A stretch of 64,000 nucleotides of DNA from an uncultured Actinomycetes bacterium (GTDB taxonomy: Bacteria > Actinomycetota > Thermoleophilia > Gaiellales > Gaiellaceae), in contig CAWIKS010000002.1 of assembly GCA_963836685.1 (NCBI GenBank), positions 67,137 through 131,136 of the forward strand, written 5' to 3'. Shown in pieces: positions 30,114 through 40,661 of the stretch (the stretch's first letter is position 1; every line of letters starts with the position of its first letter). The notes under the pieces are model-generated. The model was given only the letters and a program-made list of their open reading frames with translations, did no database searches and was not told the origin of the DNA. Made by a program: the position numbers and the translations under genes.

Positions 30114-30629
30114 GTGATCACCGCGATCTACCCGGGCACGTACGACCCGGTCACGTACGGCCACGTCGACGTGATCCGCCGCGCGGCGGCGATCTTCGAC
30201 CGCGTCGTCGTCGGCGTCGTCCGCCACCCGACCCACAAGGAGCCGACGTTCACGATCGAGGAGCGGGTCGAGTTCGTCCGCGAAGCGCTCGGGGGCGTTC
30301 CGAACGTCGAGGTCGACGTCTTCGCCGAGCTCGTCGTCGCCTTTGCGCGCCGCTGGGACGCGAAGGCGATCGTCAAGGGCCTCCGCGTGACCTCCGACTT
30401 CGAGTGGGAGTTCCAGATGAACCAGCTGAACCGCCATCTCGCTCCCGAGATCGAGACGGTGTACGTGATGGCGAGCCCGCTCTACTCGTTCATCTCGTCG
30501 AGCGGCGTGAAGGAGATCGCCGCCTTCGGGGGAAACGTGGACGAGCTGGTTCCGCCGGCCGTTGCCCGCAGGTTCCGGGAGCTGTTCCCGGAGGGGCGAG
30601 GCGGTGCCCCTACGAGCCCGCAAGAGTAG
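30114..30629 (+). CDS. coaD: Phosphopantetheine adenylyltransferase
   Basis: ORF begins IYPGTYDPVTYGHVDVI and contains ISSSGVKEIA. GTG start with upstream GGAGGGAGGGAA. Confidence 0.93.
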   Translation: MITAIYPGTYDPVTYGHVDVIRRAAAIFDRVVVGVVRHPTHKEPTFTIEERVEFVREALGGVPNVEVDVFAELVVAFARRWDAKAIVKGLRVTSDFEWEFQMNQLNRHLAPEIETVYVMASPLYSFISSSGVKEIAAFGGNVDELVPPAVARRFRELFPEGRGGAPTSPQE

Positions 30630-30641
30630 ACTGAGAGACAT

Positions 30642-31136
30642 ATGGACGTTCTCGTTCTGATCGACAAGCTCGACGACCTCGTGCACAACGCGAAGGCCGT
30701 GCCGCTGACCGACCAGGTCCGCATCGACCGCGAGGAGATCTACGACATCCTCGACCAGATGCGGGCGACGATCCCGGAGGAGATCAAGCAGGCCCGCTGG
30801 ATCGTCAAGGAGCGCCAGGAGATGCTGGCCGAGGCCAAGCGCGAGTGCGACCGGATCCTCGGCGAGGCGCGCGAGCAGGCGGCGCGGGAGGCCTCGCAGA
30901 CCGAGATCGTGAAGCTCGCCGAGCGCCAGGCGCAGGAGATCATCGACGAGGCACGCCGGCAGGCACGCGAGACGCGCCTCGAGATGGAGGACTGGGCCGA
31001 CGGCATCCTCTCGACGCTCGAGGTCAACCTCGACAAGTTCCTCAGCGCGGTCAAGCGTGGCCGTGAACGGCTGCACGAGCGCTCGCAGGAGACGGTCGTC
31101 GCCGGTGTCTCCGGCAACAGCGACGAGCCCTACTAG
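30642..31136 (+). CDS. Conserved coiled-coil protein of unknown function (ATPase subunit b/H-like composition)
   Basis: 164-aa intact ORF, mostly charged heptad-like helix. Family not recognised with certainty. Confidence 0.55.
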   Translation: MDVLVLIDKLDDLVHNAKAVPLTDQVRIDREEIYDILDQMRATIPEEIKQARWIVKERQEMLAEAKRECDRILGEAREQAAREASQTEIVKLAERQAQEIIDEARRQARETRLEMEDWADGILSTLEVNLDKFLSAVKRGRERLHERSQETVVAGVSGNSDEPY

Positions 31137-31157
31137 CTAGTTCACGAGCGGAGCGGG

Positions 31158-32097
31158 CTATGCCGCCACGGCGGTCAGGTCGAAGCCGGCCGTCACCTGC
31201 TGGGCGAGCTCGACGAACGCCTCCGCGGCCCGCGTCCGCCGGCGGTCGCGGTGCCAGGCGATCCCGAGCAGGCGGGGCGGCACGCGGTCTCCGAGCTCGA
31301 CGACCTCGATCGCCTCGTCGGCGGCGTCCACGGTCAGGCGCGGCACGATCGCGATCCCCACCCCGGCGGCGACGAGGCCCTGCACCGTGCCGTTGTCGTC
31401 GGAGCGGAACACGATCTGGGGATCGCGGCCCGCCTGGCGGAGGCGTTCCTCGACGCGCTGGGTCGTGCGGCAGGTGCGATAGCTGATCAGGGGGTGGTCG
31501 ACCAGCTCGCGCAGGCTCGGCGGCCGGTCGCGCTCGCCGAGCGGGGAGCCCGCGGGCACGACCAGCACGTACGGGTCGCGCATCAGCTCGGCGGTCTCGT
31601 ACGGGCCCGGGCTCGAGCGGGAGGACGACGAAGCTGAGGTCGAGCTCGCCGCGCTCGACGAGCTGGACGAGCTCGCGGTCGTCGGCCGACTCGCGCAGCG
31701 TGACCTCGACCTTCGGCCACCGGTCGGCGAACTCGCGCAGCAGCGTGGGGAGGATGCGGGCGCCCACGCTCTGGTACGTGCCGACGTGCAGCGGCCCGGC
31801 GTCGCCGGCGTCCAGTGCCGCGAGGTCGGCCTGCGCCGCCTGCAGGCGCGCCGCGATCGCGTCGGCGTGGCGGAGGAGCAGCTCGCCGCCCTCGGTCAGC
31901 GAGACCGGCCGTGGGCCGCCCGGGCGCTCGATCAGCCGCTGGCCGACGATCCGTTCGAGCGTCGCGATCTGCTGGCTGACAGCCGACTGGGTGTAGCCGA
32001 GACTGGCGGCGGCACGGCCGAACGTACCCTTCTCGGCGATCGCCTTCAAGGCGATCAGATGCCGTAGCTCCAGCCCCAGCCAACCATCAGGTTCCAT
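31158..32097 (-). CDS. LysR-family transcriptional regulator, one apparent frameshift
   Basis: HTH LELRHLIALKAIAEKGTFGRAAASLGYTQSAVSQQIATLE is in ORF 31051..32106. The substrate-binding domain end is in ORF 31158..31583. Shift near 31595. Confidence 0.85.
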
Positions 32098-32292
32098 GAT
32101 CAACACAACAGATTACACGACTAGCTCTTATCGCAAGGCCCAGGCAGTCTGTGCCCATGGAGATCATCGTCCTCCTCACGCTCCTGCTCCTCGCCGGCGT
32201 TGTCTCGGTCATGGGCCCGGACGCTCACGACTACGACGACACCGACCGGCGGGGCTGGTGGCCCGGCCGCGCCAGGTAAGGAGACCGCTGCC

Positions 32293-33199
32293 ATGACGGA
32301 CGGTGCCTCGCGCGCCCGGGTCTGGGCCGCCCTCGCCACCGTCTACGTCGTCTGGGGCTCCACCTACCTCGGGATCGACCTCGCCGTCCGGACGATTCCG
32401 CCGTTCCTGATGGCGGCCACCCGGTTTCTCGTCGCCGGCGGACTGCTCTACGCGTGGGCGATCCGGCGCGGGGACCGCGCGCGACCGGCCGACCGCTCGC
32501 CACTGGCTGTCCGCGTTCCTGATCGCAGCGCCGATGCTGGTGGTCGGCAACGCCGCCGTCGGTTGGGCCGAGCAGACCCTCGACACGGGCACCGCGTCGC
32601 TGATCATCGCCTCCGTGCCGCTGTGGATGGCGCTGCTCGACCGCGTCTTCTACGCGCAGCGGCTCGCCCGAACGATCGTGCTCGGGCTCGTGATCGGGTT
32701 CGGCGGTGTCGGCTCTGCTCGTCGCGCCGGGCGGCGCCGGAGGAGCCGGAAGCCGCGCCGCCTTCGTGCTCGTCTTCGGCTCGCTCGCCTGGGCGATCGG
32801 CTCACTCTACTCCCGCCACGCGCAGCTCCCGCGACCGGCCGCTCGTCGGCGCGGCGATGCAGATGCTCGCCGGCGGCCTGATGCTGACCATCGTCGCCGC
32901 CGCCAGCGGCGAGCTCGGCCGCATCGCATCCGCGTCGTCGATCTCGCTCGAGTCCTGGCTCGGGCCTCGCCTACCTCGTCGTCGCCGGCTCGCTGCTCGG
33001 CTTCACCGCCTACATGTGGCTGCTGCGGGCGGCGCCGACCTCGCTCGTCGGCACCTACGCGTACGTCAATCCCGTCGTCGCCGTGCTGCTCGGGCACGCT
33101 CCTGCTCGGCGAGCCGCTGACCTGGCGGACGCTGGTCGGAGGCGCGAATCATCCTCGCGTCGGTCGCAGCTGATCGTCCGTGCGCCGAAGGGCGCATAG
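32293..33199 (+). pseudogene. EamA/DMT-family transporter (YedA-like) broken by about 6-7 single-base insertions
   Basis: ATG 32293 has an upstream TAAGGAGA. A collinear EamA sequence is recovered only by stepping +1 frame near 32495, 32705, 32832, 32962, 33093, 33147 and possibly 33170. The 3' end is uncertain (33173-33252). Confidence 0.7.
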
Positions 33200-33262
33200 C
33201 GCAGCCTGCCCTCGAGCCCCGGCCGGCGGCTGTGGGCGCGCGCGGCCGCTAACCTCTCTCGC

Positions 33263-33769
33263 ATGACCATGTTCGACCTGCGCAACGTGCGCGTCAGGTC
33301 GGGGGAGGAGCACCGCGAGGCCCTGGAGGTCGCGATCGCGCCCGTGGCGCTCGGCGGTCAACGCTACGTCGCCGTCCCCGAAGACGTGCCCGCCGAGCTC
33401 GCGGTGACGCGGGCCTCCACCGGCTGGGTGTTCGAGCTGCGCTTCGGCGTCCGCCTCCACGGACCGTGCATGCGCTGCCTCGCGGACGCGGCGGTCGACG
33501 ACCGGCTTGCGCTCCGCGAGTACCAGGCGACGAGCCCGGATTCGGACGAGCTGACGACCCCGTACCTGGTCGACGACCGGCTCGACCTCTCTGCCTGGGC
33601 GCGTGACGCGCTGATCCTCGCCCTCCCCGAGCAGATCCTCTGCAAGCCCGACTGCGCCGGCCTGTGCCCGGCCTGCGGCAAGGATCTGAACCTCGAGCCG
33701 CACGAGCACGGCGAGCAGGAGCCCGACCCTCGCTGGGCCGCCCTGGAAGAGCTGAGGAACCGCCTCTAG
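33263..33769 (+). CDS. yceD: YceD/DUF177-family protein
   Basis: 168-aa ORF with CMRCL...[13 protein letters not shown] motif. Conserved position upstream of rpmF. Confidence 0.88.
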   Translation: MTMFDLRNVRVRSGEEHREALEVAIAPVALGGQRYVAVPEDVPAELAVTRASTGWVFELRFGVRLHGPCMRCLADAAVDDRLALREYQATSPDSDELTTPYLVDDRLDLSAWARDALILALPEQILCKPDCAGLCPACGKDLNLEPHEHGEQEPDPRWAALEELRNRL

Positions 33770-33786
33770 CTATACTCCCCGACCGC

Positions 33787-33975
33787 ATGGCTGTCCCGAA
33801 GAAGAAGACCTCGAAGTCCCGCCGCGACAAGCGCCGCGCCCAGCACGGCATCGAGGCGCCGCGCGTGAACGTGTGCCCGACGTGCGGACAGCCGAAGCGC
33901 CCGCACCGCGTGTGCCCGAACTGCAAGACGTACAAGGGCCGCGAGGTGGAGCCGCTCCGCTCACCGATTCCCTAG
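33787..33975 (+). CDS. rpmF: 50S ribosomal protein L32
   Basis: [18 protein letters not shown]...CPTCG...HRVCPNC, 62 aa. Confidence 0.93.
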   Translation: MAVPKKKTSKSRRDKRRAQHGIEAPRVNVCPTCGQPKRPHRVCPNCKTYKGREVEPLRSPIP

Positions 33976-33977
33976 CC

Positions 33978-34955
33978 TTGACCGTCCGAGTTGCCGTCGA
34001 CGCCATGGGCGGCGACCGCGGGCCGGACGAGGTCGTCGCCGGAGCGCTCGACGCCGCCTCGGACGGGATCGCTCCGATTCTCTACGGCCCGGCGTCGCTG
34101 GACGCGCGAGGGCTCGAGCACGTCATCGCCGAGCAGGTGATCGCGATGGACGAGAAGCCGGCGGAGGCGGTGCGGGCCAAACCGGATAGCTCGCTCGTCG
34201 CCGCCTGCCGCGCGATGTCCGAGGGCAGGGCCGACGCCGTGGTCTCGGCCGGGAACACCGGGGCGATGCTTGCGGCCGGGCTGCTCGCGATCCGCCGTCT
34301 GCCGGGTGTGCTCCGACCGGCGATCGCGGTGCCGATCCCGGCCCGCGACGGCCCGTCCGTCCTGCTCGACTGCGGCGCGAACGCCGACGCGCGTCCCGAG
34401 CACCTGCTCCAGTTCGCGTACATGGGGGCGATCTTCGCCGAGGAGATCCTCGCAATCCCCGACCCGGAGGTGCGGCTGCTCTCGATCGGCGAGGAGCCGG
34501 AGAAGGGAAACCAGCTCACCCTCGAGGCGCACCGCCTGCTCGCCGAGAGCACGCTCGACTTCAGGGGCAACACGGAGAGCCGCGACCTGCTCGTCAAGGC
34601 CGCGGACGTCGTCGTCACGGACGGGTTCACCGGCAACGTCGCGCTGAAGGCGCTCGAGGGGACGATCCGGACGGTGATCCAGGGGCTCCGCGACGAGATC
34701 ACCGCGACCGCCGTCGGCAAGCTGGGCGGGCTCCTGATCCGGCCGGCCTCGCGTCGGCTGCGTAAGCGGCTCGACCCGGACACCTACGGCGGCGCGTACC
34801 TGCTCGGCCTGCGCGGCCTCGCGGTGATCGCCCACGGCAACTCGTCGCAGACCGCGATCGCGAATGCGATCCGGCTGGCCGCGCGCGGCGTCGAGCACGA
34901 CGTCACGGGGCGCCTCGCGGCGCGGTTGCCCGAAAAGGCCGAATCGGACGCCTGA
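33978..34955 (+). CDS. plsX: Phosphate acyltransferase
   Basis: 3' part of ORF 33873..34955. Contains VAVDAMGGDRGP, SAGNTGA and HGNSS motifs. TTG start proposed 3 nt after the rpmF stop. Confidence 0.9.
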   Translation: MTVRVAVDAMGGDRGPDEVVAGALDAASDGIAPILYGPASLDARGLEHVIAEQVIAMDEKPAEAVRAKPDSSLVAACRAMSEGRADAVVSAGNTGAMLAAGLLAIRRLPGVLRPAIAVPIPARDGPSVLLDCGANADARPEHLLQFAYMGAIFAEEILAIPDPEVRLLSIGEEPEKGNQLTLEAHRLLAESTLDFRGNTESRDLLVKAADVVVTDGFTGNVALKALEGTIRTVIQGLRDEITATAVGKLGGLLIRPASRRLRKRLDPDTYGGAYLLGLRGLAVIAHGNSSQTAIANAIRLAARGVEHDVTGRLAARLPEKAESDA

Positions 34956-35004
34956 CCTGTGTATGATCGGCGCGCTCTTTTTCCCCGTCTACGAGTGAGG
35001 TGAC

Positions 35005-35250
35005 ATGGCAGCGTCGAGAGAAGAAGTCTTCGAACGGGTGAAGGAAGTGCTCGTCGAGCAGCTCGGCACCGACGAGGATCAGATCACCGAAGAGGCTTCG
35101 TTCCAGGAAGACCTCGACGCCGACTCCCTCGACCTGGTCGAGCTGATCATGGAGCTCGAGGACCAGTTCGGGATCAAGATCTCGGACGAGGACGCCCAGA
35201 AGATCACCACCGTCGGGCAGGCCGTCGACTACGTCACGTCGCACCAGTAG
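35005..35250 (+). CDS. acpP: Acyl carrier protein
   Basis: 81-aa ORF with the phosphopantetheine site [16 protein letters not shown]. Confidence 0.95.
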   Translation: MAASREEVFERVKEVLVEQLGTDEDQITEEASFQEDLDADSLDLVELIMELEDQFGIKISDEDAQKITTVGQAVDYVTSHQ

Positions 35251-35275
35251 CGCCGAGAGCACCGGCCCGCGCGCG

Positions 35276-35941
35276 CTGCGAACACTGATCGACTCGCTTC
35301 CGGCCGAGAGGCTGGCGCACGTCTTCACGCATTCCTCGTGGGCGCCCGACCGCGCCTCCTCGTACGAGCGCCTGGAGTTCCTCGGGGACAGCGTCCTGGA
35401 GCTCGCGGTCGCACGCGCGCTCTACGAGCGCTATCCGGACTTCTCCGAGGGCCGGCTGGCGAAGATCCGCTCGCACGTCGTCTCGCGGCAGAGCTGCGCG
35501 GAGGTCGCGCGAACGCTCGACCTCGGGCCGATGCTGTCGAAACGGGGAAACACGCTGCCGCCGGAGGAGCTCGAGCGCCTCGTCCGCAACCGCAACGTCC
35601 TGGCGGCGCTGCTCGAGGCGGCGCTCGCGGCCGCCTTTCTCGAGTGGGGCTTCGAGCACATCGAGCAGGCGGTCGTCGCGGCGTTCTCGGAGCAGATCGA
35701 CTACGCGGCGACCCAGCACGTCGACTACAAGACCGAGCTGCAGGAGGCTCTCGCCAGGCGACGGCGGCAGGTGACCTACTCGGTGCTCGAGGTCGAAGGC
35801 CCCGCGCACGACCGCCGTTTCACGTGTGCCGCGTTGATCGACGGCGAGCAGGCCGGCACGGGCACGGGCAGGACGAAGAAGGACGCCGAGCAGGAAGCGG
35901 CGCGCGAGGCACTCGCCTCGCTCGAGCCCGGGGCGGCCTGA
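35276..35941 (+). CDS. rnc: Ribonuclease III (start codon uncertain)
   Basis: Frame of ORF 35531..35941 stays open upstream and encodes HVFTHSSW...ERLEFLGDSVLE (catalytic signature) plus a C-terminal dsRBD. No ATG/GTG/TTG lies upstream of the signature. CTG 35276 is used as a placeholder. Confidence 0.8.
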   Translation: MRTLIDSLPAERLAHVFTHSSWAPDRASSYERLEFLGDSVLELAVARALYERYPDFSEGRLAKIRSHVVSRQSCAEVARTLDLGPMLSKRGNTLPPEELERLVRNRNVLAALLEAALAAAFLEWGFEHIEQAVVAAFSEQIDYAATQHVDYKTELQEALARRRRQVTYSVLEVEGPAHDRRFTCAALIDGEQAGTGTGRTKKDAEQEAAREALASLEPGAA

Positions 35942-35996
35942 GGAGGAGTCGGAGGCGGTCGGCTCATCCGAGCCGCCCGCTAGCGTGCGCCTCTGC

Positions 35997-38454
35997 GTGC
36001 ACCTGCGTGCGATCAAGCTGCGCGGCTTCAAGTCGTTCCCCGAACCGGTCGAGATCCGGCTGGAGCCGGGTGTCGCGGTGGTCGTGGGCCCCAACGGCTC
36101 CGGTAAGTCGAACATCGCCGACTCGCTGATCTGGGCGGCCGGGTCGCTCGCGCCCAGCGAGCTGCGCGCGGAGAAGCCGGACGACGTGCTCTTCGCCGGC
36201 TCGGCCTCGCGGCCTCCGGCGTCGCACTGCGAGGTCGAGCTGCTGTTCGACAACGCCGGCGGACACTTCGGCGATCTCGACTTCTCCGAGATCTCGATCA
36301 TGCGCCGGCTGCATCGAGGCGGCGAGGGCCAGTACCTGGTCAACGGCGCGAACGTGCGCCGCACGGACGTCGTCGAGCTGCTGGCCGACGTCGGGCTCGG
36401 CTCGGCGATGGGCTCGATCGTGTCGCAGGGGCGGGTGGAGGCGATCCTCTCCTCGAAGCCCGACGAGCGGCGGCAGCTGGTCGAGGAGGCGGCGGGCCTG
36501 GGGCGCTTCAAGCGCCGCCGCCACCGGGCCGAGCTGAAGCTCGCGCGGGTGGCGATGCAGGTCGAGCGCGCCCGGGACGTCGAGGCCGAGGTCGCGAAGC
36601 GGCTGCGCCCGCTCGCGCTGCAGGCGACCGCTGCCGAGCGCGCGGAGCGGCTCGCGGTCGAGATCGCATCGCTTCGCGCCGGGATCGCGACCATGGATCT
36701 GCGCTCGCTCGACGCCCAGCTCGAGGACGCTGCACGACGGCGCGCCGCCCACGCGGAGGAGCGGCGGACGGCGGAGCAGGCGCTGGAGTGGGCTGCTCGC
36801 CGAGCGCGGTCGCGCCGAGGAGGCCCTGGCCGAGGCGGCGGGCGGGCGTGAGGGCGCGGCCGGGACGCTCTACCGGCTTCGGAGCGCAGCCGAGCGTCTC
36901 GACATCCGCCGTGAGGCCGCGCAGGCGCTGCTCCGGCGCCTGCGGGAGGCCCCGCCCGCCGCCGACGCCGGCCTGCTCGAGCGCGCCCGGCTCGCCGAGG
37001 CCCGTGCCGGGACGATCGAGCGCGCGATCGCAGAACGGGAGGGCCTGCCACCGGCTGCGCGCGCCCTCGCCGAGGAGGGCGCGTCCCTGGCGCTCTCGCT
37101 GGTCGAGGTCGACGCCGGCTACGAGCGGGCGGTCGCCGCCGCCGTCGGCGCCGCTCTGGTCGCGGCCACTCCGGAGGAGGGACTGCGGCTGCTGAACCAG
37201 GCCCGCGACCGGGGTCTCGGCAACCTGACCGTGCTGGTCCGCCCCGATCGCGTCGAGCCGCTCGACGGGATCGCGGTGGTCACGCCCGACGAGCTGCTCG
37301 TGGCGACCCGGCCCGCGGTCACCCGGGAGGGGCACTTCTACGACCCGCACCGGGGCGTCCTCTCGTTCACCGGCGATACGGCCGAGGCGGTGCTGCTCGA
37401 GCTCGAGGCGACGCGGCGGCGCCTTCAGGAAGAGGCGGCCGCCCTGCGCGAGCAGGCGGGCCGCGTTCAGGCACGGCTGCCGGATCCGCAGCTCGTCGCC
37501 GCGGGCGCGGCCCTCGTCGAGTGCCTGTCGGCCGCCGTGCGGGCGGCCGAGCGCCTCCAGGCGCCGCTGCTCGAGGACGCCGACCGCGGCGCCCTGCGGG
37601 CGAGCGAGCTGGCGGCCGAGCTGCGGGCTCTCGGGGGCCGGGAGGTGGAGCTGCGGCGCGGGCTGTCGGACGCCTCGGAGCGGGCTGCGGGCGTCGACGT
37701 CGAGGTCGCCCGGCTCGAAGCGGAGCGCGACGAGGCCCGGCGGCGGCTCGAGCAGGCGGCGGGCGAGCCGGCCCAAGGGCCGCGCGAGGAGCTGGCGGCG
37801 AAGCTCGAGCGGCTCGAGCGGCGCCGCGAGCAGCTCGGCGGCGTCAACCCGTTCGCGAAGGAGGAGTATGCGGAGGAGAAGGAGCGTCTCCAGGAGCTGC
37901 GGACGCAGCGAGAGGACCTCGAGCGCTCGCTGGACGAGCTGCGGAAGCTCCGCGACGAGCTCACCGAGACGGTCGAGCGGCGGTTCGCCGAGACCTTCGA
38001 CGCCGTCCAGCGCAACTTCGCCGAGGTGGCCGAGACGCTCTTCCCGGGCGGTCACGGCCGGCTTCGTCTCACCGCGGGCGAGGAGGAAGGCGAGGAACAG
38101 GGGATCGAGGTCGAGCTCTCCCCGGCGGGCAAGCGGGTGACCCGGCTCTCGCTGCTCTCCGGCGGGGAGAAGGCGCTGGGCGCGATCTCCTTCCTGTTCG
38201 CGCTCTTCCTCGCCCGGCCGTGTCCGTTCTATCTGCTCGACGAGGTCGAGGCCGCTCTCGACGACACGAACATCGGCCGCTTCTGCTCGCTGCTGCGGCG
38301 GTTCGCCGACCGGGCGCAGTTCATCGTCGTCACGCACCAGAAGCGCACGATGGAGGCTGCAGACTCGCTCTACGGCGTCACGATGGGCGACGACGGCGTC
38401 TCGGAGGTCGTTTCGCGGAGGCTGCCGCGCGAGGACGCGGCCGCCGTCGCGTAG
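35997..38454 (+). CDS. smc: Chromosome partition protein SMC, unusually short, one apparent frameshift
   Basis: N-head LRAIKLRGFKSF...GPNGSGKSN is in ORF 35985..36851. The hinge-like segment and C-head (LSGGEKAL...YLLDEVEAALD) are in the frame of ORF 37231..38454. Shift near 36790. About 820 codons in total. Confidence 0.85.
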
Positions 38455-38632
38455 AGAGCTCCTCCAGCTTCGCGAGCGGTTCCTCCAGCCACGCCCGCCC
38501 CAGGCGCTGGAAGCGGAGGATCAGCTCGAGGTCCTCGTCGGTGGAGTCGGCGTAGAGCGGGACGTTGTCCTCCCAGCCGCCGTGGATCTCCTCAGCGTCC
38601 TCGTTCACGATCGGCGTGACCTCGATCAGCAC
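38378..38632 (-). CDS. Hypothetical small acidic protein
   Basis: 84-aa ORF in the otherwise empty smc-ftsY gap. Its 3' end overlaps the smc stop and may be misplaced. Confidence 0.3.
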   Translation of the reverse strand: MLIEVTPIVNEDAEEIHGGWEDNVPLYADSTDEDLELILRFQRLGRAWLEEPLAKLEELSTRRRPRPRAAASAKRPPRRRRRPS

Positions 38633-38762
38633 GCGCCGCCGGTCGTCGGGGTCCGGCAGCCGCCGAGCGTAGCCGGCGCGCTGCTCGCCTGCGCGGTGCT
38701 CGGGACGCGGGCGTTCCGCTCGTACCAGAAGGCGGTCTGACCGGCACGGTTATCGTCGTGGG

Positions 38763-39713
38763 GTGACACGAAGCTGGTCGGAGCTGCTGGGGGAGGCGGG
38801 AGCCTCCCCCGAACCCGACGCCGAGCGGGCGGGCTTCCTCGGGCGGCTGCGTGACTCGCTCTCGAAGTCGCGGCGCGCGCTCGCCCAGCAGCTGGCGGTC
38901 GCCGCCTTCGACCCTGCCGACGAGGAGGCGTGGGAGCGGCTCGAGGAAGCGCTGATCGGTGCGGACGTCGGGGTGCAGGCGACCGCGGAGATCGTCCGGC
39001 GGCTGGAGGCCCGCGGCGCGCTGACGAGCCTCGAGGAGCCGCTCGCCGAGGAGCTCGCCGCGCTGCTCGGCGAGCCGGGCACGCTCGCGGTCGGCGCCCG
39101 GCCGGCGGTCGTACTCGTCGTCGGCGTCAACGGCACGGGCAAGACGACGACGATCGGCAAGCTCGCCGGGAAGCTCGCCGAGCACGACCTCACTGTGCTG
39201 GTCGCCGCCGCCGACACCTTCCGGGCCGCGGCCGAGGAGCAACTTGAGATCTGGGCGACGAGAGCGGGCGCCGACTTCGTCGGCTCGGCCCGGGGCGGCG
39301 ATCCTGCCGCCGTCGCCTTCGACGCGATCGAGGCGGCGTCGGCGCGGGGCCGTGACGTCGTGATCGTCGACACGGCCGGGCGGTTGCACACGCAGGCGAA
39401 CCTGATGGAGGAGCTGGCGAAGGTGCGCCGCGTGATCGCGGGCAAGCTCGACGGCGCGCCGCACGAGACGCTCCTCGTCGTCGACGCGACCACGGGCCAG
39501 AACGGTCTCCAGCAGGCGCGCCTGTTCGGCGAGGCGGTCGGCGTCACGGGCGTCGCCCTGACCAAGCTGGACGGCTCGGCGAAGGGAGGGATCGCGGTCG
39601 CAATCGCCTACGAGCTCGGCCTGCCGGTCAAGCTCGTCGGCGTCGGGGAGAGTCTCGACGACCTGCGCCCGTTCGATCCTCGGGACTTCGCAGAAGCACT
39701 CGTTCGAGGGTAG
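38763..39713 (+). CDS. ftsY: Signal recognition particle receptor
   Basis: 316-aa ORF with GVNGTGKTTTIGKLA, DTAGR and TKLDGSAKGG motifs. Confidence 0.92.
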   Translation: MTRSWSELLGEAGASPEPDAERAGFLGRLRDSLSKSRRALAQQLAVAAFDPADEEAWERLEEALIGADVGVQATAEIVRRLEARGALTSLEEPLAEELAALLGEPGTLAVGARPAVVLVVGVNGTGKTTTIGKLAGKLAEHDLTVLVAAADTFRAAAEEQLEIWATRAGADFVGSARGGDPAAVAFDAIEAASARGRDVVIVDTAGRLHTQANLMEELAKVRRVIAGKLDGAPHETLLVVDATTGQNGLQQARLFGEAVGVTGVALTKLDGSAKGGIAVAIAYELGLPVKLVGVGESLDDLRPFDPRDFAEALVRG

Positions 39714-39772
39714 TGGCCGCGGAGGGGCGGAACGTACGATCCCGCCGTCCAACCTTCTTCGAAGGGAGAGCG

Positions 39773-40265
39773 ATGAGACGGTGGAAGGCATTCGCCGCAT
39801 TTGCCGCCCTCGGGCTGGTCGTGGGAGCCGGCGTCGCATGGGCGTCCATTCCCGACTCGAACGGCGTGATTCACACCTGCTACAAGAACAACGGCTGGCG
39901 CGTGGTCGATGCTCCCGGTGAGGCCTGCAAGCCGAGCGAGACGGCGCTGGCGGTCGACCCCGGCGCGGTGCACGCGGTGATCAGGACCGAGACGCAGACC
40001 ATTCATCCCGGGCGAGGGGCACACGTTCACCGCCCACTGCAACCCCGGCGAGGTCGCGACCGGCGGGGGCTGGCGGCTCGTCGGCCCGGTTCCGATCTTC
40101 CCTCCCGGCACGCTCTGGATCACCGTCCAGGGCGAGGTGCCGCAGAGCTCGAGCCCGGAGCCGAGCGCGGGCGAGGTGCCGACCGGCTGGAAAGTGATCG
40201 GAGCGGTCAACCAGGACTCGAGCGACCACGACGTAACCGTGTTCGCCGTCTGCGCCCCTGCGTAG
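39773..40265 (+). CDS. Hypothetical secreted Cys-containing protein, one apparent frameshift
   Basis: ATG 39773 with upstream GAAGGGAGAG and a signal peptide MRRWKAFAAFAALGLVVGAGVAWA. After a shift near 40015 it continues GHTFTAHCNPGEVATGGGW...VTVFAVCAPA, stop TAG 40263-40265. Confidence 0.55.
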
Positions 40266-40369
40266 CAACGTCGAGCGAGGCCGGGCCGTGTCGCGGCCCG
40301 GCCTCCCTCGGTCTGTTGCTGCGCCCTAGTAGGATCCGGCCGATCTCCTTCGAGCGAAAGGAGCGGTGC

Positions 40370-40573
40370 ATGTCCGTCGTCAAGATCATCGAACTGGTCG
40401 GTACCTCCACGAAGAGCTCCGACGACGCAGTGCAGTCCGGGCTCGCCGAGGCGCGGAAGACGCTTCGGAACATCAAGGCGGTCGACGTCGTCTCGGTCGG
40501 GCTCCGCGGCGACAACCTCGACGAGTGGCGTGCACACCTGCGCATCGGCATCCTCGTCGAGAGCGTCGACTGA
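40370..40573 (+). CDS. Dodecin-family flavin-binding protein
   Basis: 67-aa MSVVKIIELVGTSTKSSDDAVQSGLAEA...VVSV...EWRAHLRIG matches the dodecin fold signature. Upstream RBS GAAAGGAG. Confidence 0.85.
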   Translation: MSVVKIIELVGTSTKSSDDAVQSGLAEARKTLRNIKAVDVVSVGLRGDNLDEWRAHLRIGILVESVD

Positions 40574-40661
40574 GGCACTCGACGTAAGCAGGCTGATCGG
40601 TCGGCCGGGCTCGCGCTGCGCCCGGGATGGCGACGCCGGCCGACGCGTACACTGGTGGGCC

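Noticed and set aside
39713-40573. Single 286-aa ORF
   Set aside because: It is a read-through fusion of a frameshifted secreted-protein gene, an intergenic spacer and the dodecin gene. Each gene has its own RBS and start.
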